Origin: Enoplolaimus lenunculus | Taxonomy: Eukaryota | Assembly: GCA_030248215.1 (NCBI GenBank) | Contig: JASANG010001546.1 | Span: 558,001 to 622,000, forward strand | DNA: 64,000 nucleotides | Direction: 5' to 3' | Shown: piece after piece, positions 51,001-60,600 of the stretch | How the letters are laid out: the number at the start of each line of letters is the position of its first letter | Position numbering within the stretch: the first letter of the stretch is position 1 | Notes under the pieces: generated by a model | What the model was told of the DNA's origin: nothing | Databases searched by the model: none | The model's input: only the letters and a program-made list of their open reading frames with translations | Position numbers and translations under genes: made by a program

Positions 51001-51727
51001 GTCCGACGCCATCCGTCATCGTCCATCACCCGTACGGTGCTGTCCGTCAACCGTCCGACGCCATCCGTCATCGTCCATCACCCGTACGGTGCTGTCCGTC
51101 AACCGTCCGACGCCATCAGTCATCGTCCATCACCCGTACGGTGCTGTCCGTCAACCGTCCGACGCCATCCGTCATCGTCCATCACCCGTACGGTGCTGTC
51201 CGTCAACCGTCCGACGCCATCCGTCATCGTCCATCACCCGTACGGTGCTGTCCGTCAACCGTCCGACGCCATCAGTCATCGTCCATCACCCGTACGGTGC
51301 TGTCCGTCAACCGTCCGACGCCATCCGTCATCGTCCATCACCCGTACGGTGCTGTCCGTCACCATGCGTTACGGTGCGGTATCGTACGTGAATTACGTGC
51401 CATGCAGTACTGGTGACGACCGGAACCGCACGACAAGCATAGCGCAATTCCAACTTGTTAAGCAAACGAGAGAATGAAAATAGTAACCTCACTATAAGTT
51501 CTAAAACCTTCATCGGATGCGTCTGAATATTCAACTAAAATTTTTATAAACTACTATTTGTTTGTTATTTATTTATTTATTTGTTTGTTTATTTATTTCA
51601 GATGAAGAGAATATTCAAAACCAACGGCAATTATTTGCAAGTGACCACTGAAATCAAAAGTCGATCTGGCGAAGAAACCAAACTGTCGTTATATTTTACC
51701 AAAGAAACAACACCGATGTATATCTAA
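33070..51727 (+). CDS. Secreted mosaic protein: signal peptide, Reeler domain, Pro/Thr-rich linker, 4 EGF-like repeats, ShK domain, nitrobindin/THAP4-like (DUF1794) beta-barrel; MAB-7-like C-terminal half
   Basis: Exons 33070-33313, 35451-35709, 36098-36188, [39305-40018 optional], 41581-42181, 42812-42922, 44003-44116, 45024-45134, 45994-46104, 47032-47175, 47916-48099, 49425-49540, 50125-50234, 51602-51727; all phases consistent (1011 aa with, 773 aa without the optional exon). Reeler: [41 protein letters not shown]. Four phase-1 EGF exons. Sh[19 protein letters not shown]. Barrel: [41 protein letters not shown]. Confidence 0.82.
33385..33640. repeat. Degenerate ~18-20-bp tandem repeat (ttttcccaygccata) in intron 1
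   Basis: Repeated ttttcccatgcc/ttttcccacgcc motifs. Confidence 0.7.
36463..36725 (+). mobile_element. piggyBac-type MITE with tRNA-like boxes, copy 3
   Basis: TTAA-cccc...ggg-CTAA; colinear with 5031-5295. Confidence 0.85.
37339..37779. mobile_element. TTAGGC-bearing GGCC MITE with a nested CAC...GTG element (37434-37680)
   Basis: Outer TSD gggaatct/gggaatcg; inner AT-rich element cactcaaaat...tttttgtgtg flanked by CT/CT interrupts the TTAGGC run. Confidence 0.75.
39245..40018 (+). CDS. Basic low-complexity coding exon of the mosaic gene; candidate alternative first exon with its own signal peptide/anchor
   Basis: 258-codon open frame with raised GC; begins [27 protein letters not shown]; ends AAG|GTTAAC in phase 0, matching the acceptor at 41581. 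Confidence 0.65.
41136..41346. mobile_element. Palindromic MITE with CACTG...CAGTG ends
   Basis: ~75-bp inverted arms (gcaaaaaatggtg..tcaaattgactctttccgaaatag / ctatttcggaaagagtcaatttga..caccattttttgc). Confidence 0.75.
43480..43712 (+). mobile_element. Diverged copy of the piggyBac-type tRNA-box MITE
   Basis: ccccttc start, ccacaagatgtgacagcgccctcgaactcgagcgtcaa core, ttcgaat B-box remnant, gaaataggaaatgttcacgt end. Confidence 0.6.
46299..46400 (+). mobile_element. Degenerate tRNA-Thr-derived SINE-like copy
   Basis: gcgtagct...agcagcagatcagtaa...cgtggggtcgagcctcacagcatccgcagcaaaatt aligns with the reverse complement of ~12755-12850. Confidence 0.6.
46519..46963. mobile_element. TA-flanked MITE with ~27-bp TIRs
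   Basis: tactgtattgacccgaataagagggag / ccccctctaattcgggtcactacagta. Confidence 0.65.
47284..47503. repeat. Palindromic MITE-like inverted repeat
   Basis: ggtagggttaacacgtgtcaattttcaaaa...tttcgaaatttggcacgtgttaaccccacc with internal aaccctaccctaacgc / gcgttagggtagggtt. Confidence 0.7.
47588..47710. mobile_element. Tourist-like MITE with TTA TSD
   Basis: tta-gggttgctct...tatagcggaaccc-tta. Confidence 0.75.
48145..48260. repeat. (TTCA/TTTA)n microsatellite
   Basis: Direct reading. Confidence 0.9.
49122..49384 (-). mobile_element. piggyBac-type MITE with tRNA-like boxes, copy 4 (reverse)
   Basis: TTAA at 49118-49121 and 49385-49388; reverse complement of 5031-5295; ends 40 bp before the acceptor at 49424. 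Confidence 0.88.
50269..50612. mobile_element. hAT-like MITE, homologous to 5888-6193
   Basis: cagggtacaaccgg...gcggttgcaccctg; TSD taatacag/atatacag. Confidence 0.8.
50837..51360. repeat. 52-bp minisatellite, ~10 copies, inside a Tourist-like MITE (~50811-51450)
   Basis: Unit cgtcaaccgtccgacgccatccgtcatcgtccatcacccgtacggtgctgtc; flanked by gttacgctat...atagcgcaa TIR remnants. Confidence 0.93.
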
Positions 51728-52845
51728 AACAAGTTATTCTATTTATTTAAATATATCACAATTTGTTAAATTTACTCTTTGCCAATTTTCAATAATTCCA
51801 GTCTTTCTAGTTTTTGCTTCAGCATACGGTAGTTTTCCGATTTCAGTCGTAGCTCAAATGAATCTACGACAATTAGTCGTCCAACAACTGGTCGCCTAAC
51901 TGTGTTCTATCATTTTCCAGCGAAAATTGCAGTTGTCCTGTTTTATCATTTGTCAAATACAAGGCTGTCCCATTTTACCATCTGCCCGTAATCCTGTGGG
52001 CAAGTGTATATGAATTTGCCCCGATTACACTCCTGTGTCTTGCTGTCCGGCAGGAAAACGAGACGCAGCGACGAATTGTCGAGTCGATGAAATTTCGAAA
52101 TACAAGTTTGTCTTTAATACTCAGAGTGAATTCGGCACATCATGTTTATTTTTAGCAACAGTGCATGATTCCTTGAGTATGCAACTTTCGAAGTCTAATG
52201 GCACAGGTCTGTTAGTATCATATGATATTCCGCCATACGTAAACGTAGCTATGTAAGTGACTCAGTGGACATTTTTAAAGTGATTATATAATATTGACAG
52301 ACGACGTAGGAAATATGTTATATCGAAAGACAAAACGTGACCGATACATGGTGGTAGCAGTTTGGGTTACATCGCAGACAAAATGTTACCCAATAATATG
52401 TAAAATGTGACAAAACGTGACCCGAATTGCCCCATTTATAACGTGAACCCGGCATAAATTGGTAGAAAATGCAGATCGAGCGTTATATTTTTATGCTTCT
52501 TCTGTATCCCAGTTTGTTCGGGTTACTATTTTCACTGAGTTAAAGTTGCACCCTCTTGTCCCATGTAGTTATGGTTTGAGCATTGACAAAATTGCTTGTG
52601 TGAAGTGAAATTATTTCGAACATTTGGCCAACTTTCTTCCAATAATCGACTTTAAATTTGAATATTTATAAAAGTTTGAAGGCAGAAAAATTTAATTTTT
52701 GGTTGAAACTTTTGTCATTTACACGTACTCAAATTGTGAATGTTGTGATTTGTAAACAATAAAGTGGGAATATTTTGCAAGTCCTTAAGATGGTACATTC
52801 TGTAATATGAAATATATCAGGCTAAAATTGGTATTCAACAACATT

Positions 52846-53031
52846 GGCCCTGGTAAAGATCAGGGACGGAACGTTTTTATATGGGACAACAGAGTTACCT
52901 CATGCTTAACACTATTTTTTTGCCTAGGTTTAGGTTAGTAATATGCTCATTCTTACGCTTAGACGTAGGCTTAGGCTTAGGTATAGGAATATGCTCATAA
53001 TACTGATCCGTCCCTGTTCTTTACATTCGCC
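52846..53031. mobile_element. GGCC-terminated TTAGGC-bearing MITE, 8-bp TSD
   Basis: TSD ACAACATT at 52838-52845 and 53032-53039. Confidence 0.85.
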
Positions 53032-53448
53032 ACAACATTCAAGCGTGAGCTTACAACAATGAACATATTTGGAATGTGTTGTGGTCCGTATTACATCCGC
53101 ACTATTGGTGGGATGGTCCATGGAGAAATCGCAACGCGCACTGGATAAATTACTTTGTCTATGGATGTCGGAAAATGTCCCCAATTACGGCCCATGTAAT
53201 ATCTGAGGCGGAAAGATTTTCTGCGGGACTGCAATGGAGTCAGCTTGAGTTTTCGAGTAATTTCTGCGTAAGAGATATTATAGTTGACGTCCATGTTGTA
53301 GGTTTATTGATTTGCTAATTTTTTTAGTTATTTTTGGGTTCAGTTAAAATTTGTAGGAGCTCAAATTAAAATTGTACACAATTTTAGAATTTAATACTAA
53401 AACACAGCATATCGAAATACAATCGTTTCAGCCAATGTAATAGTCAAG

Positions 53449-54433
53449 AACCCATGTATAGAACAGGGCCGGAATAGTAGTATAAGCATATTCCTAAGCC
53501 TAAGGCTAAGCAAAAAATTAGTCGTAAAGCTTAAACTGACTCTATTATAGTTCGTCCGGAAGATGATCCGGCCCTATTCTATACATGGGCCTAGTCAGGA
53601 ATGGATATAATGCTATTTGATAGCCGAACACTACATATTTATATCTGTTAAAGTTAACAAATAACAGTAAAAATTTAAAAAAAAACTTGTTCCGAAATTA
53701 AATTACGCCCATAAGAAGCATTGCGACAACGTTTACGGTTCATTTCACCGCAGGTACAAAACAGTGCCCGCAACCCCTACCGGATCCCGAAGGAACGCGG
53801 GAGGGGGCTTAGATCCCTTGACAGAAATATTCATGTGATGGCAAGGTCCCACCTTACAACTTTTTCCTAAGAAATGCCGTTGTATAGAATCGGGCCGTGA
53901 CAGTAACATAAGCGCATTCCTAAGCTTAGCCTAAGCGTAAGAATGAGTTTGTAAAGAATGAGTTTACACGTATGCCTAAGCCTATCAGCAAAGAATTTAG
54001 TCTGAAGCTTTAGCTTACACTGTTACGTATAGTCCTGCAGGAAACGTTCCGACCCAGATCTGTACATTGGCCAAAATATATTACATATAGCATACAGTAA
54101 AAAATTGTATTTCATAACTTTTGCCGGTACGCCCCCCCCATTGAAAATTTATGGATCCGTCGCTGCCCACAATTATGGCAGTGGGGGTGAGCCACTTCCC
54201 TTGCATATATTTTTTGTCAGCATAAAAAAGAAATATTTTTTTCCTTGCTCTCTATGGAAACTTCGTACATAGAAAAGCTCATAAATGGCATAGTGGTGGA
54301 TCCTTTTTTCCGCGGGACTGCAATAGAGTAAGCTTCAGCAATGGACTAATTCATTTGCTTATGCTACGTTCTAGTTTTATAGTTATAGGCTTAGGCTTTG
54401 GAATACATTTTACGGTCAGATTTATACATGAAC
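53449..54433. mobile_element. Cluster of further GGCC/TTAGGC MITE copies (53449-53591, ~53875-54073, ~54285-54433)
   Basis: Family TIRs and cctaag runs; first copy has TSD tagtcaag/tagtcagg. Confidence 0.7.
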
Positions 54434-54664
54434 CAAAACTTTGTATGCATTTGAGTCAAAATATTAACATTTTGAAACTTGCGGAAACATTTTACACCTG
54501 AGGAAACTTCTGATTGAATTTACTTTGCTCGAATTGACGATAGGCTACCACTTGACCCATTTATAACAGGTAACATTGCGGACCTTTAAACTCTGTTTAA
54601 CCAAGTTTTTCACCAATCAAAATTTACTAAATTCATCCTATTCACATGCGAAGCCAACTCGAAT

Positions 54665-57600
54665 TCAAAGATCAGTTTCTGCCCGCGGACGGCACCCAAT
54701 ACGTCCCGTTGTTACAGGGTTTGAGCCCTGATATTTCGGATTATATAACGCGTGCGGATCAAAATATTCACATTCGGCAATAATTGAATCAAACAGTTCT
54801 CGTTGATTTTGTTGAAAATCTTCGAAAAGACCCCGGCTTGGCTTAACAGGCATGGACTGAGGGCGCGCATGCCGTCTGCCGGGACATTCTCGGAGACGTA
54901 CAATGACTTCATTCATACCTTTGCTGTTCCCGTTAGACCAAGATCCGTTGTCTGGTGAATATATTTCATTATTATTGTTATTATTATTATTATTAGCTAT
55001 GTAATTATTGCTTGAATCATTTGCATAAATATGTTGTTCGTCAATAGAATATGATGATTCGCGAAAGCTAGTAGCAGATCTGTCTATAATTCGAGAACTA
55101 AGCAAAGGGGCGTTTCTAAGTTTTTTAGGAGAAGCCCCCTGGGTGGGAGCTAAGCCAGATGGTACATGGTTGGACTGATCCCCACCAATGAATCCAGAGC
55201 GTCGATTTTGGGCGTGCGAAACCACTTGTGAATGAACAGATATTGTATCCGTTTCATCGTGGCATTCTGATATTGTATCTATTATGTGCATTTGATGATT
55301 ATGTTGTTGTTGTTGTGGTTGTTGATGTTGCATACGTGTATGCAAACTAGTCTGGTAGCTAGGGACACTGGCTCGCTCGAATGGCTGGCTACCGGGTTCG
55401 CGTGAAAGTTGATGAATTCGAGTCATTTTTGGACTGAAAAATGGGCTTCTCGCTGTACGGAGAGATGGCTGGGGATCTGTGGCAGGCCTGGTCCAGGACG
55501 GAGGTGAATTTACGTTGTTCGCCGCGGATTTGGGGGGCGATAAAATCACCGTTGCTCTGTTGTCTCCAGTAATTCTTAAAACGGCACGTTCGTTTCCATA
55601 CAGAACTTCATTATCGCTTGACACCAAGCTGGAGTCATCTCTGTTTGTTGCCGCAGTCAAATTGTTGATTACCACTCCCCCTATTGAAGTATTGTTTGCC
55701 TGATAGCGTCTCGGGTGCTGAGGAGACCCAATGAAATGGGTGGCGATTTGGGCAACATCACTCATCGAATGACAATGTGGCATTTTTGATTCTTGAAATG
55801 TTATTGGCTGGATCCGCGAAGCACTCAGTTCGCGTCGTTCGTTCATTGATTGCTCACTGAACACAAGCATTGAATGTCGATTTTGATTGGCCAATTGTTG
55901 CCGTTGTTGTTGTTGCGACTCCTGCTGTTGTTGGCGAGAACAATGTCGCGGAGTAGCGGCGATTTGAAACCCGCGCCCGCCGCCTAAATTATAGTCAGAC
56001 ATCGAATGTGGACGGGCTGTAGGACAAGTTCGAGGTATTTTACGTTCTCGCATTTTAACGTTACTACTGCCGGCAGCATTGGCGTTGAACAAATACTCTG
56101 TCGGAGTCGAACTCAAACCTGGCGGTGGCGAAAAATATCGACCAGGCCCAGAAACGCGTGAATTCTGCCCATAAATGCTGGTTTGCTCACGAGGGACACC
56201 GCCAGCGCCATGAATATAAATAATTTCGTTGGCTTCGTTATTTTCATAGCCACCTCCCGAATCTTCCGATCGGCTGCTTGCGTTAGTATTTGTTGTTGTC
56301 GTTCCACTGATATCAAACGAAATCGCACTATCAGCAGATCGACTTAACGCCAACGCTGTTGTTCCATTTGTTATGATGCCTGATTTTTGTTTGGCCATTC
56401 CTGTATGCGTTTCTGGCGGAAGCTTTCCACAATCTTGAACGCTGGTTGGGGTCACAGTTGTGCTAAGGCTCGGGTTGCCCTGAGTCGCTTTTGACAACGC
56501 GGTAGGTTTTCCTGAAGCCAGCAGCCCACGGCATGGCCTACGAGTAGAAATAGGGGCTTGGACAAGCACTTGAGGCGGTGACCCTATAATGGTCTTTAGA
56601 TGCTCGGTTCGTTCAATCGAGCTTCCTAAGTCGCTAGTTTCACTCGATACAGTTCCGTTTGAACTCAATGAAGAGCTGTTATTTACTCCGGAGTTTGAAG
56701 GGTTACCCCCCGAGCTATTGGCTTCATTTTGAGCACTCGGCTCACGCGTTCCTTGCGGTTCAGGTCGGCATTGGGTCGGACTCATGGGTGACAATGTGAA
56801 GCTTGGAGTCGTCCCTGAGACTCGAAGAACGCCGCCGCCGTTGTCGCCAGTTGACTTTCGTGTTCGAAATCCGAATACTCGTCCTATGGATCCCTGAAAT
56901 ATTCGCAAAAGTTTAATCAAATTTGTTTGACTTTCAAAATAATCATTTTAAAAAAATGACCTACATTTTGTAAATTCAACTAATTTCTGTAGCAGAATTA
57001 TTAATTCAATGCTTTATAAAATGTTCAAAAATCGGCGGAAGTACGCAATATGGACCCCCGCCCTCAAATACGTGTAAAGAATAACCCTGGTTAAGCTTAT
57101 ATTTTACGAACAGGTGAATTATAGACACTTTCTGTTCCAATCTGTGCGTGTTTGCACTACAATTTCGAGGACCATAACTTTTGAACCGCTGGTCATGCAG
57201 CAATGAAAATGGTACCGTTGAATTCAGGTCGTCGAGAGCTATATGATGGACGACTTTTTATCAAACTTTTAGGAGGGTCCAGATTGTACCTCCGCCGAAA
57301 AATCTAATAAATGTTTATTTGAATTTTTCTTGCTTAAAAATTACTTAAAACATAATTGTTTCTCGTTGAAAAAAATATCTGCCGCAATACAGCTTGCAAC
57401 CGAATTAACTTGTGACCATAAATTTGATTTGCGTTTGATTCCGCGCATGGTTAAAAATTCGGATTTTTTGTTTTTAGACCAAAAATATTCATGGATTTTA
57501 ACAAAAGCAACAACTTAAAATTTATTTGAAGCCAAGATAATCACTAAGTATGCTTAAGCTCACACATTATATAATGTACATAAATGGCTCTAGAGTTACG

Positions 57601-60600
57601 ATGGCGCTATACTTGTCGTTCGGTGACGTACGATACCGCACGGTGCCGGATGCGGACGGAACCGGACGTCATCAAAAGTATATCCGCCACCCTAAGAAAA
57701 TCTGTAACCAACGGACGACAGCTGCGATACATAACTGAAAATGTTTGTGATTTTTAATTCTAAATTATTTTACTGGGAAGTCAATGAAAATTCCAACTAA
57801 AAAATCTAAAAAAAACACGGCAAAATTAACCCGAATTTTAGATTTCGTTGTGAGCGGTTGTGGTTGTTGTTCTGCGGTGCCAACTCCAGTCGTTGTGTAA
57901 GATCGGGTGAACGTTCGACCAAGCGAACCTCCGTCGCGTTGTTTACGACCACTCAGTTGTACAAGGCACGGATCCAGCGATGTTCTGAAAACAAAAAAGA
58001 TGTGGGAATGTAATTTTCACTGACAGACTGAATTGGACCTCCCAGGCTTCAGCCAACCCCACACAAACAGAAAGATCAAACCAAACGATTTCCACCAACA
58101 TTTTCTGTAGCGCTATACACGCCGCCGGACGCCGTCACCCAGGACAGTAAAAATTTTACTAAAAATTCCACCAAATACATTTTGCCTACATTTTTGTTAG
58201 CAACGCATAGCGGCATACGGCATTGTCTGGCACAAGTAAAGTACAGCGCAACCCCTAACCGTTATCAAAGTATCCAAAATTTCCCAGGGGAGGTCAAGTT
58301 CTCCGTGCTTCCTGTGGCTACAATCCCGTCACCGCCGCACCCACCTCGCTTCGAATAGTAACGGATTAAATTCCAGGGCAATATGTTTACGAAGCATTGC
58401 AGATTTCGCTGGGACGCCCATTAATGTGGCAAGATTTTCAGCAGTAAACGACGGTTCCAATACTGCAATTGCACCATGCAAACCGGATACTTGCAACGCG
58501 TCTGAGTATTCCTAAACAACAACAATAATTACCATCTGTTGCTCGAATAACTTTATCTTTGGTGATAAATGGCTGGGTTGTAGGAATACGACTTAAAAAT
58601 TTGAAATCAAAATGTGTGAGAGGGTCGCAACCATGACTTGGCGGAGCACAGATTTTACCGTTCAGGATCTTTGTCACCAATTCTAGGCCGGTAGTTTACG
58701 GTCGGCCGATCATTGTCACACTGTGACACTTATCAGCCATTCAATGGTTCTCTACTCGGGCCTTTTCTAGAGAGAGAAGGGCCGAAGCAAATATTTACCT
58801 GCTCTATTCTAAGCTTAATGATGCCTAATACTTAGCAATAGCATGACGCATACAGATATCGCAAATTACACTAAAGTTATCGTATTCCTGTTTGTGGATG
58901 AGACTGGCTCATGCAAAATTTTTTCAATCTGTTGATCACCAAAATAGTTGTCGTTTGTTAATACTGGGAGCGACCCCTCCGCGATGTTGCAAAAATTAAA
59001 CATTTGTACCCCTAAATCAACGGATTTTGCCCATTTAACAAAGCATTGATTCGACCAAATCAACAAATCACAATTTGTTGCATTACAGCACGCAACTGCA
59101 CCTGATCGGCGTTGTTCAATTGCCTGAAAATAATCGCAGCCAAACTATAAAGGTTGTCTGAGAAAACTGTATGAAACTGGGTACATGGATTCGGATTCGG
59201 TTGTAAAAATCCTAATTCAAAAGCCGAATACAACAGTGTTCGGCAACATGTTTTTTTCAGTTTTAAACAGTAAAAATTTTAAACATCTTGCTATATTAAT
59301 AATCAAGTCACAAATATGAAAACTGAGGTCGGGCACGAAATATATTAGCATTTAAAAGTTATCCGGCTGGCATGGTGCCGATATTCTGAAACAAATTATA
59401 GATATAACTGAAATTTGCAACTTGCAACATTCGGATTCGAATTCCATCAAGTCGTAAATTCGATGCCACCCTGGTAGAAATATATAAATTTGATAAACCT
59501 CAGTGAAAACTTACCGTTTTTCAACACCCGATGTGTGAAAGAACTGGCAATAGCTTCAGTGATAATGAGAGCACAGAATTATGGCAAAATGAAATGCGAA
59601 AAATGTGCTAAACTTCGAAGGTAACCGTTGTCTGATTCAAATGATTACAAGACTTATCACCAACTGGTAATAGATGCTACACACAACTGACAATACGGAC
59701 ACTGGCTGTATCATCCCTTTCGGTTCAACAGCGACTAAGGGTGGCGTTATACTTGTCGTATGGCGTCGCAAGGCAACAAAGTTTGTTTACAAAATTTTAT
59801 GTGATGCCGATCCGAAATTTGCGTGTGTTGCAGTACAGAGTACCGTACGGCAATAAAATAATTAAAACCAACCCATATTTTTCACCAATTCATCCAATTG
59901 GCGTCTAATCTTATTCGGTCAATTTGTCGACTAAAATATTTTGTTTTCCGAATTTAAGACATTTGACAAAATTTGCCTTGAAAATCATTTAAAAACGAAA
60001 CTTTGCTCAAAAATGTCAAAATTGCTCGTTCGCGTCTGTTTGTGAATTGGCGTCGAAAAATATATATTAAGTCGCCATTGACTCTTGGCGACTAAAGCAA
60101 AAAATCCACTAATTCTGACCATTGCAACTTACATTAATATCGAATTTGAAATATCGCAACAGTTCAACGCCTTTTAGTATCGATTGTTGATGAAAGCGTC
60201 GTGTAACGTTGAGCTGACGGTCGAGTTGACGTTTAGTGAGAACGTGAAGAATTCGGCCGTCTACCAGACCGTGGGAAAATGCGTCTCGATGCTGGCACAG
60301 ACCCAACGATGGCAAAAATTTGTTTACAACCCAGTCGGTAGAAACTTCTCGGATTCGAGGATATCGGCTAAAATTAAAAATAAATTGGAAAATTTTGAAA
60401 CTTTTGTTTACTTTTCCATACATACAAGGTTACCAAAGGCTTTGGCTGAAGCTTTTGTTCCAGGCATAGTCTTTGGTACATGATTAGCCAAGGTGTTACG
60501 GCTAAGGCTTGGCTAACCTTTCTCCGAAATGTAAACCTAGGCCTGAACCATGGCCTAATCCTGTAAACCGAGTGATTAAGAGCCCAATTTTAGAATTATT

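Noticed and set aside
50820..51477. Three overlapping 100-198-aa ORFs
   Set aside because: Translations of the 52-bp minisatellite inside an intron.
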